The position numbers were made by a program, and so were the translations under genes. A stretch of 57,149 nucleotides of DNA, filler included, from Basidiobolus ranarum (lineage: Eukaryota): NCBI GenBank assembly GCA_040143965.1. It is 6 parts of 6 records of this genome, joined end to end, with 100 filler letters (N's around TTAATTAATTAA, not from the genome) between each part and the next. Parts side by side here need not be neighbours in the genome. Positions count along the whole stretch, not along the records: positions 1 to 9,465 come from JASJQH010000823.1; positions 9,566 to 19,025 come from JASJQH010000824.1; 4 more parts are not named here. One strand, 5' to 3'. Shown one piece after another: positions 1-12,878 of this stretch (position 1 is its first letter; every line of letters begins with the position of its first letter). The notes beneath the pieces were generated by a model. It ran no database searches and was not told the DNA's origin. It saw nothing but the letters and a program-made list of their open reading frames with translations.

Positions 1-1405
1 CATTAGCAAAATGAGTATTTAAAGGGGATCACACGGTCCGATAATACTTTATTCTCTAGAGGATATTGGAGGCTATCCTAAGCTTTTGTCTTCTGAATCT
101 ACATTGGAGTTATTTCTGTAGAAAATGGGACTTTGTATAGGAGTTTTTAGAAATGGGTTGTAGGTTTACTTAACCAGAAATAAAATATCTATGCTTTTGA
201 AGATAACAATAATGCGATTGTGTTTTGAACATTAAATACTCAATATAAGATAAAATACTAACTTTGATGGGGGAACTTGAATTTCCACAGAACTAAGCTA
301 CTGATAACAAACCATTTAGCAATGTCGGTTATAAGTATAACAGAGTATATTTTATCAATACTCTCTTATTTGCATATAATAATGGTAATAAGAGTTGCTT
401 ATGTGAATTTTCACATAGAAGTGAGTGCTAGCACTCCATGGATAGATTATATTGGTTGTAATGATGTAATAGGCCTCTATGAATAAAACCCAAGAGTTCC
501 TTGTATTCAGTAAAGATTGTAATTTGTCTCTTCTACATCCTCAACACTGTCTTTTAGTTTATCCTAAAATCAGTAAAACTTGTCCTAAATATTGTAGCTA
601 TTTTAGATTGTATTAGTGCAACAGTACATTCAACAAACTCAGCATTCTATCATCTCGGATTCTCTTCCATCAAAAACTGCATTTAATATTGCAAGTTGTT
701 AAGATAATGCCAGAAATTGAACTATCATAGTCACCATGTGATGTTAGCTATATATATACCTCTGGAGATAAACCCCTTTTAAACTGTCTTCTCTCCACTT
801 CTATTGGATGCTACATAACAGTGACTCTCATTAATTGATCTGGCTAGGCCTGTGCCGGGCTTCATATGATAAACCAATCCTCAACGATCAAACCTACCAA
901 CCATATAAGTAATGTTTCACCGGTGACGGTTTTGTTTATATATTGTATTGAAATTTATTATTTGTTATTAAGTCCATCTGATATCAACTAGTATCATTCC
1001 TCGACCTTTTTATGAAAGAGAACTCTTGGTTGCTCCATCGACCTCAAGTATACCATGAAAACTCTACATTAGCCGAGTACGGCTCTATACTCGTATACTA
1101 TTTCTGATATTACTAAGGACAGAGCAAAATGTGACCTGCACCATTGAATGCCAAAATATTCTCTGTAGAAAAATCGAACAAACATTGCCATTATGATCGT
1201 TTGACAAATTAGTCACATCGATATTTGCACCACATTAACCTCCATGGTTGAAAAATATAACATCAACAAAAAATGATAATAGTCAACTTGTATAAATTGG
1301 GAGCAAAGAAAAATAATAGAATTTATATGTTTTCAAAATAGATTAAGCAAGTACAAAAATACTTGACGTTTAAAAATGAATCTGTTATGGTGCTTGATAA
1401 TAAAT

Positions 1406-2869
1406 TTACAATTGCTTCATTAACCAGGACAACAAGTCCACCTTGGTCACCACATGAAGAACCTTAAGCTCAGCAGTAGAGATTTTCTCAAGATCAGCTG
1501 CACGCTCAGTAACAATGGCGGATGAATTGTTTTCGAAGAAACGAGACATTTCAGCAAGAGGAGTGTTGACGGAGATTTCGAAGAAATCTTTACCGACAGT
1601 ACTGAACTTGAACATCACTTGACTGACTGGGGCGTCACCGGTGATCTTGCCTGAGCTAACTTTGGAGAGAATATTACCCATAGTGACTATACCTACTACT
1701 CTTGAAGTTTCAGAAACAACGGGAAGTTGATCAAAGTGGTTGGTTTCCATAATGTTCAATGCTTCACGGCAAGTGGTGTTCTGAAGAGCTGTAATGGCAG
1801 CTGGGAGGTTCAAGTCCTTGATAGTAGCACCACCCCACTTCTCGGTTTGTTCGCGCTCTTCCTTTTGGCTGACGGAGTCAGTAAAGCCATTATTTTTCAT
1901 CCAATCGTCATTTAAGAACTTGGTCATGTAGTTACGAACTGAATCGGGTAAGATAACGACACAACGTTGTCCAGCCTTGAGTTTCTTGGCGGCTTTTACG
2001 GCGGCTGCCATAGCAGTTCCGGAAGAACCACCACAGAGTAGACCTTCTTCTTTAATTAAACGTCTGGACATGATAAAGGAATCCTTATCATTGCTCTTGA
2101 CCCAGGTATCAATGTACTCGCGCTGAAGAACATCTGGAATGAAATCATATCCAATACCCTCTACTTGATAACCAGTGACGTCACTCTCGTTCAAAGATTC
2201 GGGCAGGGCTAGAATAGATCCAAAAGGATCAACACCAACGATTTCAACATTGGGGCATCTTTCCTTGATTTTCTTGGCAATACCAGTGATGGTACCACCA
2301 GTACCAGCGCCAGCAACAATCATATCTACTTGACCATCACAAGCACGAAGGATTTCTTCGGCGGTACCTTCATAATGAGCCATTGGGTTGTTGGGGTTAA
2401 CATATTGATCCAAAATGACACTGTTTGGAATTTCCTTGTTCAAACGTCTAGCAACACCGATGTGAGACTCGGGGGCGTCCCAAGCAGCTTCAGTGGGGGT
2501 ACGAATAATTTCAGCACCCAAGGCCTTCAATACGTCGACCTTCTCTTGGGACATTTTTTCAGGAAGGGTAATAATAACCCTATATCCCTTGACAGCACCA
2601 GCGAGAGCAAGTCCGATTCCGGTATTACCAGAGGTTGGTTCAATAATGGTGTATCCAGGCTTAAGAACACCGGCCTTCTCAGCTTCTTCAACCATACGTC
2701 TTCCAATACGGTCCTTTACTGAACCACCGGCATTGAAATATTCACATTTGGCCAAAAGTTCGCATTCGAGTCCTTCGGACTTGGCGATTTTGTTGACACG
2801 TACAAGGGGAGTGTTGCCGATATTCTCGAGGATAGTATCCAAAATACGAAGTTCGTTTGAGACAGTCAT
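1406..2869 (-). CDS. CYS4: Cystathionine beta-synthase (PLP catalytic domain plus C-terminal CBS domain pair), intronless, 487 aa
   Basis: Motifs IGNTPLV, KCEYFNAGGSVKDRIG (PLP lysine), EPTSGNTG, GAGTGGT, YQVEGIGYDFIP and ILPDSVRNYMTKF, then a C-terminal FDQLPVV...VVTKVDLL CBS pair. No N-terminal heme-binding extension, as in yeast Cys4. Confidence 0.96.
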   Translation of the reverse strand: MTVSNELRILDTILENIGNTPLVRVNKIAKSEGLECELLAKCEYFNAGGSVKDRIGRRMVEEAEKAGVLKPGYTIIEPTSGNTGIGLALAGAVKGYRVIITLPEKMSQEKVDVLKALGAEIIRTPTEAAWDAPESHIGVARRLNKEIPNSVILDQYVNPNNPMAHYEGTAEEILRACDGQVDMIVAGAGTGGTITGIAKKIKERCPNVEIVGVDPFGSILALPESLNESDVTGYQVEGIGYDFIPDVLQREYIDTWVKSNDKDSFIMSRRLIKEEGLLCGGSSGTAMAAAVKAAKKLKAGQRCVVILPDSVRNYMTKFLNDDWMKNNGFTDSVSQKEEREQTEKWGGATIKDLNLPAAITALQNTTCREALNIMETNHFDQLPVVSETSRVVGIVTMGNILSKVSSGKITGDAPVSQVMFKFSTVGKDFFEISVNTPLAEMSRFFENNSSAIVTERAADLEKISTAELKVLHVVTKVDLLSWLMKQL

Positions 2870-3791
2870 TATGTGTTGCGATTTCTTACTTTAAAACACT
2901 GGGAATGAGCAATAAAGATGAAAAGGATGAAACGAATCCAGAGGCCGTCTGAGTATTTAAAGAATTAAGAATTAGCATTCTCACACTCTTTTCAGGCCAT
3001 CAGATTATTCTATGATGGGAGCCAATGAACACCCAGTCAGCTAATGGGGATATCCGAGTCCACCATAGGATGCATTTGTCAGTAATGCATGAACGCTTCA
3101 AATATATATCGCGATTGTATTGTAAACATATGTATACATCCATATTAATAATTCTCTTATGTCATGAATATTTACAATAGGACCAATATATATTTAAATG
3201 TAGAAAAAAAGAACAGGAGGTTTCTGCAGAATCGTGGAAATAACTACATGTTTGGATACACGCTCAACCACATCGATGTGTTAACTTTCTTAAGTAACAG
3301 GCCCAAATCTTGACAGTGTCTGCAGTTCCACAACAAATCAGTGCCATGTAAAAGGTATATTAGGAACACTGAATTTCGCATTTTCTCACGATTCATTTTT
3401 TTAGGGTTTGGTTGCAGCATTCTTCCACATCCCTTTTCGCATGTTCTTAGCATGCTATCAATTTTTTTCTCTACTGCTGCGCACTTTTCGGAATGCATAC
3501 CCAATAAGGTAGTTTCGAATGCGGTCTTTTTTGACAACGCCATTTCACAATACGATGGACAAATGGCGTCATTTAGGTTGTCCGATTTATTGGGAATTTT
3601 CAACCATTTACTGGTGATTTTGCACCACACACATACCCCTACACCCCCCACATCAACACTTCACATTCTTTTGTCAATATCGATAGCTAACAAGTGCATA
3701 TAAGCCATATGTAGATGGTTTATTTCATTACATAGATTGGTAACAAGGAAATGAAATTTTCAACGAGTAAAAAAGAATATTCCCCTAGCTT

Positions 3792-4527
3792 CTATTTTTG
3801 GGATAAATCTTTGAAGAGTACGAACGCGTTAGAATCCTGTATACGACGATAGTAATGCTCAACTAGATGTGATTTGATGAATCCGAATTTTTCATAGAAT
3901 TTCAATGCTTCCTCATTACCAGTTTGAACGTGTAGATAAATCTTCCGAATATTTTTTTCCTTTTCACATTCCTTGAGAATATGCTGTAGAAGTATGGCTC
4001 CTAAACCATGAATATATTTAATTTACAAACCATTCGTTTGGTTCGATTCTGGAGCTATTTCATAGTTTACCCAAGCCACAGCGTCTATAAGGTGAGAGTA
4101 CCCCAAGTGTCATGATGTACAATTGAATTTGTCCTTCAGTGTTGGGTATTTCTTCACGACGACAGCATACTGTGCCAACACAGGTATCTTTAAAATAGAC
4201 TTGGATTTTAGAGGATTTTAGTTTTTTACTTAAAGGATATACCACAGTTGAAGTAAAACGTTCAAAATATGACTATGATTCACAGATATCAGATAGCCAC
4301 CTCTCTTCAAAGTATTGTTTGTACTCACCCAACTTGGCCATTTCCCCAGTTTCCAATAATGCTCGATAAAAGTGTTCACTGTATTTCACTGGGAATAACA
4401 CACTGTTAAGTCTACGTAATTTGGTCAGATTTTCCTCAGTAACAGATTGTATAGTAAACTTTGAAGTGGCTTCATTCTTAGGTGGGTACAAATGGTTATC
4501 AGATTCTTCATTCAAGGTTCCAAGCAT
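3792..4527 (-). CDS. NAA50: Naa50/NatE-like N-terminal acetyltransferase (GNAT), 3 exons: 4527-4329, 4199-4071, 4000-3792
   Basis: The spliced product reads LRRLNSVLFPVKYSEHFY..MAKLVYFKDTCVGTVCCR..LYIMTLGVLSPYRRCGLG..IYLHVQTGNEEALKFYEKFGF..VEHYYRRI, the typical Naa50/San motifs. GT-AG introns restore the frame. Confidence 0.88.
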
Positions 4528-4754
4528 TGTTAGTATTTTCTATGATTAAGTCTGGGTGAAAAGGATTAAGAAAAAGTTTAGAAGAATCGTTATGTTACGT
4601 ATGTTCGGTTGAAGCAACAGGAATAACTAATCAAAGGAAACCAAAAGCGGACCAGTGGATTTTCAATCAATTGATGGTTTCATACCATTCAAGTTATCAT
4701 ATTTATTCATGTAGAATTTATATGGAATTTACCAAATGTAGTATAAATAAAGGC

Positions 4755-6961
4755 TTAGAATCGACTAATATCTCTTCCAAATATCCAAGTTAAAAACCAG
4801 TACATGGGAATCAACACCTTATTCTTGTTGGACACACTCATAGTGAAGTATGCTGATCTCCAAAACAACCATGAAAGCCATCCGGCGTGCTTGAGTTCGT
4901 TTTTCTTGTCCGGTCCAAGTTCAATAATGGCTTAGTAAAGATGACCGAGTGAATGTTAGTTAAGCTATCAATGGTTAAGTTTCTTGGGTCAAGAACTAAC
5001 CTTTCCATCCACCAACATAAGCCATACTGCCGATATGCTGGTAGTCAAATGGTTTGATCTTAGTTAATGCGTCAGGAGTTCCTTCGCGAGCGACTTTGTT
5101 CAGTGCTGTAATCCGAGTTTCGAACATTTAAAAGGCATTCTCGAGTAAGAGTCAATATTCCTTACCTTTCACTAAATACTCTCCTTTTTGTTTAGCTACC
5201 TGGGCGGTTGCCGGTAAATCGAAGTCTTCGATGGTGGCGCAATCGCCCAGAGCATAACTAAATTCTAGATGAGTGATCACCCTTAGATTAATGCTATAGT
5301 ATTTCCTTACACATTTTCAATGGGCTTCTTGTTGGAGGGGTCCAAGACTCGTAAATGACGATCAGTAATAAGTCGTTTCCTACTATCTTTTGCTGCTTGA
5401 CCTTCCATGGCGCTAATCAGAGGGTTTTCCGTTAAACCAGTAGCCCATACAACCAAGCCAGTGGGTTCTAGAGTATGGATTTAGTCATCTTGGTTTGATT
5501 AAATCATTGAAAAAGTTGATTGTGAATTTACCTTCACCTTCACCTTTAATCATGATTGAGTGTGACCGTACTTCTTCGATCACTGCACCTGTACGAATCT
5601 TAATCCCTCTTCTCATGAAGCGTTTGGTCACATATTCTTCTAAAGATGAATCGAAGTTGGAGAGAATTTTAGGTGCCACATCGTATATGGTCATTTGAAC
5701 TTTGTCTATTAAATCTGGGTACAGTTTGGAGATATCATCGGAGATAAAGTCATGCAACTCGCCAGAAAATTCAATTCCCTGGTATATGGAGAATCACGAT
5801 TAGTAAACAGAGCGATAGTCAAAAAACCTTCTCACTTACAGTAGGTCCACCTCCAACAACTTGGATAATGAGCAGATGCAATCGCCAAGAAGCATTGATT
5901 AGTGTCAGAGAGGTTATACAATATAAAGTGTTTATGTACCAGCAAAATGCAACAATGCAAGTTGATTTTTTTCTGAAGTTCCAGGTTGAGATGCTTGCTC
6001 AAAACCTAAAGATTTGTAACTGTTAAGAGAAAGTTTTTAACTTCAATCAATCTTTAAATATACTGACGTTCAATCACACGATGACGGATAGCTCTTGCAT
6101 CATTAATGTCTTTAAGGAATAGTGCATTCTCCTGAACCCCAGGAACATTGAAAGTATTGGAGTACGCACCCACTGCAACAATTAAAGTATCATAATCGAG
6201 TAGAAATTTCTCGTCTTTATCTCCCAAATTACTTGTACATAAGATTTGTTTCTTTTTTAAATCTATTATGAAGTTCATGAATCATAGGCTTTATGTCGAT
6301 TCTCTTGAGTGAACATACCAATATTATCACACCAAGCTTCGTAAAAGTGTGCCTCTTTTGCGTGTTGCTTTACTGGTTCTACGATACATCGAAATTCCAA
6401 CGTACCAACCGAAGTACTAGCAAGTAAGGGTGTAAAAACGAAGTAATTTCTTGGTGAAACCACGTGCACGTCATATTTTTTCTGGTTAATTTTCTTTAAC
6501 ACCTTGAAGCCTTTTGAATCAGGTAAAAGAAAAAGGAGTTGACTTCAAGGTTATATGTAAAAAGCTACAGGTTTCTTACCAGCCCAACCGGAACCTTAAG
6601 GTTGATAGTTTGTAACAGAAAAAAGAGAGATAGTATCAGTGGTAGGTTGTTGGAATAAAATAAACTTGGAACAAGGAACGGAGCTTATACCTAAAATGAC
6701 GAGTCTACCTAATCCATAATGTTTCATGAGTATATATATTGTTAAACTTTTGTATTGGTGAGCGGCTAACATAAGCTAAGAGTTACCTTGACTTTTTCCA
6801 ACTGAGGTCACAAATCTTTTAGGAACACCATATTCAACTTGCTGTAGTGCTCTGATATTGGAAGTTGTCCAAGAAGAAGAGATTGGGTGAGAAAGGGAAA
6901 CGCAGGTAGGCAACTTAGGGATACTCCTTTTCAATCCTGATCCAAATAAAATGTAAGTCAT
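4755..6961 (-). CDS. Type II (alternative) NADH:quinone oxidoreductase, mitochondrial, about 10 or more introns including micro-exons
   Basis: Spliced motifs [81 protein letters not shown] and C-terminal FGRDISRF*. The N-terminus resembles a mitochondrial presequence. Some internal exon boundaries were not fully traced. Confidence 0.92.
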
Positions 6962-7340
6962 TGATATTACTTTATGAAGAGCTGAGAACTCAAGCCTAGC
7001 GCAGAGGTCATCAAAGAAACTTATAGACGACGATCAAATTGAGTGGCTGAACTCACAGTCCCCGAGAAAATACACCATGAAGTATATCTCCATGAATAAC
7101 CTATGAAATTTACGCGGGAATAATTTCACAAGCGGTTCATTTTAAACATTGCTATGTGACGTATTCCAAAAATCATGTCTCAAGTAAATGAAGATAAGAT
7201 TCAGGATTTTATTCAGAATGAGTTCTAATATACAAAGAGATATATAGGTTCTTTTCTAATTTGTGTTCAATACTACTGACCAAAGATCACTGACTAAATG
7301 GTCAATATTTGTAGGAACAAGTTGACAATAAAATGGAGAA

Positions 7341-8594
7341 CTATGGTTCAGTTTGAGAAGGTGTGGGTGTTGGCTGCTCAGAGGCGTCAGTAGGCTTACC
7401 GAAAGGTGGAGTGACTACTCCGTTGAATAAGAATGTACCATAAATCAATACGACAAATCCAACAACTTGCAACCATCGGAATTGCTCCCATCCCAATGAT
7501 AAGCTGGCCATCCAGATGAATAGAGTACGGCACGTATCGATGGTGGATCTCGAAGTGGCACTGATGGTGCGTGTAACTGATAATCCAAACCAGTTAAAGA
7601 AAGCAATACTAAGTGCAATCAATACGCCAGAGATTAAAACTGGAGGATGGTTAACTATTTGATTCCACCCTACAGGAATATCAAAGTATCCCCTGGTTCC
7701 TTGACCAATAGAGAAATAAAGGATCGGAACCCCAATTAATAAGGAAGCGATACCAAAGACTCCCTCCAAGCCAACAGCCTTCACGGGAACTACGTGATAT
7801 CTGTGCAGAATTTTCTCCTCAATGACGAATTGAGATGCGGTAAAAATCTGAGCAAATAGAACCATAAACACACCAATGAATGATGCATTGACAGCAGGGT
7901 GCTGACCTGGGGTACTGTCTGGGAATAGAATACTACTAGCACCCACAATACAAACGCCAAGTACTACTAAGAACAACGAGAACCACTGGTATACGTGCAA
8001 TTTACGCTTCAAGAAAATAACTGAGAAAACACCGGCAAATAATACGACCGCACCGCGGAGCATTTGATAAATCGATGCTGAGATATAGATCAATCCAACA
8101 TTCATCAACTAGTTATCCGTGAATCCTTAGTAACCTTCATTATGCAAATCTATATTCATATTAAATTGGCTTACCGTTGTACCACAGATATCACACAATG
8201 TAGGTAACCACATTAAAAGAGTTTTCCAACCCTCCAAAGGCTCAGTGCTAGGTTGTTCTGAAGAAAGGCGTTTTTTAATAACAGGACTATCGTCACCGTC
8301 CACTTCTTCCTCAGCGACTCTAGGTGTACTGGATCCTGGAATCTCCTCATAGCCTAGGGCTGTGTTGTAGTGTCGTTGGGATAGCCGGATAAAGTAGAAA
8401 GCGAGAAGACACGAAGCTTCTCCAATGAACATGTTCAACGTTTGCCACACTGGTTGCTCAAATAAGTGATGTTTTGATGGGTCTGGGTCATCGCAGTTTT
8501 CTACACATTGCTTATCTTGAATTTTGTTTAGCAACGTATTTAGCGTACCTGTGAGTAGCATGCCCCCTACTAAAAAATAAGTATAATAACCCAT
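7341..8594 (-). CDS. SLC35F6-like DMT/nucleotide-sugar transporter family membrane protein, 2 exons: 8594-8175, 8108-7341
   Basis: GMLLTGTLNTLLNKIQD, FEQPVWQTLNMFIGE, LPTLCDICGTT|LMNVGLIYISASIYQMLRGAVVLF, QFVIEEK and SATSRSTIDTCRTLFIW. One GTAAGC...TAG intron joins the two ORFs in frame. Confidence 0.88.
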
Positions 8595-9465
8595 TTTGTA
8601 ATAAGGTGTTTGCTTTGTGAGGTAATAAGGGTCCCGTTGAGAAAAAAGTTGAATTAGTATATCAGGAGCTTTCGTCGTGTATTTTGATAGAAGTCGCAGC
8701 GAGAAGAGTGAGAAAAGTTTATTATAGCTTACAATGTGATGAATGCACATTTATAAGGAAAGCAGTATGTCAATGGATAAGGGGTCATTGACATGACAGG
8801 TGTTTAGATCAGGTGGGCAGTTGGACAGGTTCTTAATAACAAAGGAAACACAAGAAACATACATATTTGTGGCTCCATTCGTATATTAATTTCCTATCAT
8901 CAGATCACCTGAAGAGGTACACGACACGAGCAGGCACAATTCCATCAATGCATGACGAAAGATGAATCAAAGTGATTGCGGGCTGTATATTGTGCACGTG
9001 ATAGCTTTTGATTGATTAAGATCATAAATAGCAGCTGAAGAAGAGGAGGGATTTTAGAAACAAGATGCAAGGGGCCTAGGTAACTGGTTAAAAATCCATC
9101 ATTAAACCCCGCTTAACTCTGTTTGGTTATATTGTTACCTGCTTCTGTTTGATAGTAAAACACTGACGAATTTATTTGATACAAATCCATGTGCTCGAGG
9201 GGCAAAGGGATAAATAAGTGAATGTTGCTTCAGAATAAGTGAAATTCGACTCAAACATCTATCTTTGGCGAATTAGTGCCTTGTTTGTCGAGCTTAACAA
9301 CTTCAATAGATTTTGGGTACATACGTAATTAAATTAGTGATGCTAGATAATTACGGAGTGATACTAATTGAAAACTTGAAACAAGGACAAAACGTCAGAG
9401 TCAGTTGAGCAAAATTAAAAGGCGGAGTTTATCATCATCAAGTTATCTTCAATTGAGCTTTTAAC

Positions 9466-9565
9466 NNNNNNNNNNNNNNNNNNNNNNNNNNNNNNNNNNN
9501 NNNNNNNNNTTAATTAATTAANNNNNNNNNNNNNNNNNNNNNNNNNNNNNNNNNNNNNNNNNNNN
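9466..9565. other. Artificial contig linker N44-TTAATTAATTAA-N44
   Basis: Fixed 100-bp spacer whose core gives stop codons in all six frames. Confidence 0.99.
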
Positions 9566-12500
9566 AAGATTGTTATCTGTTTACAATCCCAATCCAGAGA
9601 TTCTCGGTACAGGACCCGTTTCTCTATTACACCAATTTTTCGAGAAGAGTGCACGGGAATTCCCCAACAAGCCCGCCTTGGAATTTGTTCATGCAATTTC
9701 TGAATCTCAATCGGATATAAGAGTATATTCGTACAGTGAGGTTAATCGCAAAGCAAATCAAGTTGCACATCTCCTCTTGAGTAAAAATCTTCAACCGGAA
9801 GCAATAATTCCTATTTGTTTTGAAAGGTCGCCAAGACTTTACATTGCTATTCTAGGAGTCCTAAAAGCTGGCTATGCCTATGTTCCTGTAGATCCCAAAG
9901 CACCTTTGGATAGAAAAACATATATGATGCTTGAAGTTGAAGCCAGTGTTATTCTCACATCAAAAGAACTAGCGGTTGATCTTGATGGAAACCTAGGAAC
10001 CAATGTGGAGATCATCACTTTAGAGGAAGTTGAAATGGCACAACAGCCAGATAACGACCCCCTAGTAGACATCTCACCCAATAATCTTGCCTACGTTTTG
10101 TATACCTCGGGAACTACCGGATTACCTAAAGGTGCAATGATCGAGCATCGCAATGTAGTTCAGTTCTTTGCGGCGGCACACCGTCTATTGACTTGGAATC
10201 CCAGCTCAAGATTCCTTCAAAATGCCAGCTTTATCTTTGACGTTTCTATATTCGAAATGTTCTTTTCGTGGAGTGTAGGCATCACGTTGATCGCAGCTAG
10301 TCAAGGAATCTTGTTAGGCAACCTCGAGTTACTCATCAACACTCTACAAATCACACACATAGCTATGACTCCAACGATGGCATCGATGATACGTCGAAGC
10401 AGAGTGCCAACAGTCGAAGCTTTTATTGCAGGTGGAGAAATGTTAACTCAGCAAGTCATTGAGGAGTGGGGAGGTGAAAATTCCTTATTCAACGCATATG
10501 GTCCCACTGAGGTTACAATCGGATGTAGTTTCCTTTGTAATGTATACAAGGGTGTAAAACCAAGTAATATTGGCAACATCATGGATTCTTGTTCTTGCTA
10601 CGTATTATCTCAAAAAATGGAAATTCTACCTCGTGGTAGTGTGGGAGAACTCTGTGTTGGTGGTTCCCAAGTTGCCAGAGGTTACCTCAAACGACCAGAA
10701 TTAACCGCAGAGAAGTTTATCAAGATTCCTGCTATCAGTGAGAGAATTTACCGAACTGGTGATCTGGTAAAGATTCATCATGATGGAGCCATTGAAATCC
10801 TAGGAAGAATAGACGATCAAGTCAAGTTGAACGGACTTCGAATTGAGTTGGGTGAAATCAACGCAGTTATGGCCAAATCGAATGATCTCATTAGTGGTGT
10901 AGTTACCTATGTTCTTAGAAACCAATGGCAAAGCAGGGATCAATTAGTGTCGTTTGTTGCCTGTGCTATAGATGATCAATCTGATTCACTTGTATTGTTC
11001 AGCGAAGGATCAGAGGCCGTAGCCGCAAAAAGCATCGTGAAGTCCGCTCTTGATGAAGCAACAAAGAAGCTACCACTCTATATGGTGCCTAGCTTGGTTC
11101 TGCCCATCAATAGACTTCCACGCGGTAGTACGAACAAAACCGATCGTAAAGTGCTTGAACAACTATACAATAGTTTGAGCTTAGAAATGATTCAACAAAT
11201 TTCATTAACTGAAGATGAAGAAGCAGATGAGGCAAGTATGTCTGAATTGGAAGTTTCCATTCGGGATATATTGGCAGAAGTTGGTGAACTTCCTCCAAGC
11301 AAAGTCAAGAGCACTACCTCCATTTTCCATCTTGGATTGGACTCTATTAGTGCTATCCGTGTGTCCTCCAGATTACGCTCAATTGGCCTGAATCTCAATG
11401 TAGCGGAAATTCTTCAACAACTCAACGTCAAGAATATGGCACGTTTGTTGAATGAAAGGGAAAACTCTTTACAAGAGTATGCTCCTACTGGTTCATTCGA
11501 AAAGGGTATTAAGCATCTTAGCAACCAATTCATTGAGTCCATACCCGAGTTGTTGAGTGTTTCCAATAACTCAATTGAAGCAATCCTGCCATGCTCTCCT
11601 TCCCAGATCTTCACGATTTCTTCTTGGCAGAATACCAATAAGACAAATTTCGTGTCATACTTTGCATTTGCAAGCTCCGAAAAGCTCAGCTCATCTCAAC
11701 TACAAGCCTCTTGGTTGGAATTACTTAAGAAAAACAGTATTCTCAGAACAGCATTTATTCCTACTTTGGACTTCAAAATGCCATTTGTTCAGGTAGTGTT
11801 GGAACAACCAGTTCCCCAGTGGACCTCTGAAGTTGTGGATCAAGAACAAAACTTAGCATGCATTCAGAATAGTGTGGTTAATTTAGCTTCAGCTCCAGTT
11901 TATCTCAGTCAGCCTCCTATTGCTGCTCATTGTATAGAATTTGTGAACAGTACTGTTCTTGTCGTCGGTATGCATCATGCTCTTTACGATGGCTGGAGTT
12001 TGCCTTTGATGATGTCAGAGTTAGAAAGGAATTATAATGGAATTGATCCATCATCCGATAGTCCCAATTTCACCAGGTTCCTCGACTATGTGTTTGCACA
12101 AGATAATGATACTCAACGTCAATACTGGCGCTCGTACTTAGAAGACAGTAAGCCATTAATGTTCCCACCAATGAATGTAGCTAATGCTGGCAAAGCACGA
12201 ACCTTTGTCATTGCCACAGACGCTTTAGATAATATTCCTCAATACGAAGATATTTGTCGGGAAAATCAAACAACTCTGCAAGCCGTTTTCTTAGCAGCCT
12301 GGGCGAAGCTACAATGCACGGAATTAAACTCGGAGGATTCACTCTTTGGTCTCTACCATTCTGGTCGCTCTATTCCGGTTGAGGACGTTGGCAGTCTTAT
12401 GGCACCTTGCATCAATATGCTTCCTTTGTATGTGAAGAATGCTAACACCATGGATGTCATCGATCTTTCTCGTAGAATCCAAGAGGATTTGGCCCGCCAG

Positions 12501-12878
12501 ATACCTTTCCAACAGGCATTCATCCACGATATACAAAACACCATTGGTCTTGGATGCGACCCTCTTTTCAATACCTATGTGAATTATCTCAAATTCCCAG
12601 CAGAAAGTAAGGTGCCTGCTCTCTTTGAGGTGCTTGATCTTCTATCATACAGTGATCGTATAAAATCCGTTCAGGAAGCTGCTTATTCAGACAACAACCA
12701 GAATCTCCCGAACCCAGCCGCCACTTCCATTAGAAGTGATCTTGATATTGAAATTGCTGTCAGGGGAGATCAAGCATGTGTAGGTATCTTCTGCCCACCT
12801 CATATCCTTTCTGAAGCACAAGCAATTGAAATGATTCAGAAGTTGTGTAATATTGTGCGTGATTCCCTCTCTGTTTAA
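9566..12878 (+). CDS. Nonribosomal peptide synthetase, 5'-truncated; terminal A-T-C module, ferrichrome/SidC-type siderophore synthetase-like
   Basis: A-domain cores LAYVLYTSGTTGLPKG, FDVS, NAYGPTE, YRTGDL and GRIDDQVKLNGLRIELGEI; T domain IFHLGLDSISAI; C domain HHALYDGWS; no thioesterase. The frame is open to the contig edge with no ATG before the A domain. Confidence 0.93.

Noticed and set aside
1-800. AT-rich, stop-rich start of contig 1 as a transposon relic
   Set aside because: It may be decayed coding DNA, but I could not recognise any family motif.
1727-2894. Plus-strand ORFs inside the CBS gene (likewise those inside the NRPS, FAS1, M13 and AAA genes)
   Set aside because: Antisense or alternate-frame shadows of real genes.
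3244-3703. Overlapping 135-aa and 120-aa ORFs
   Set aside because: No recognisable motifs, and the two are antisense to each other; no support for coding.
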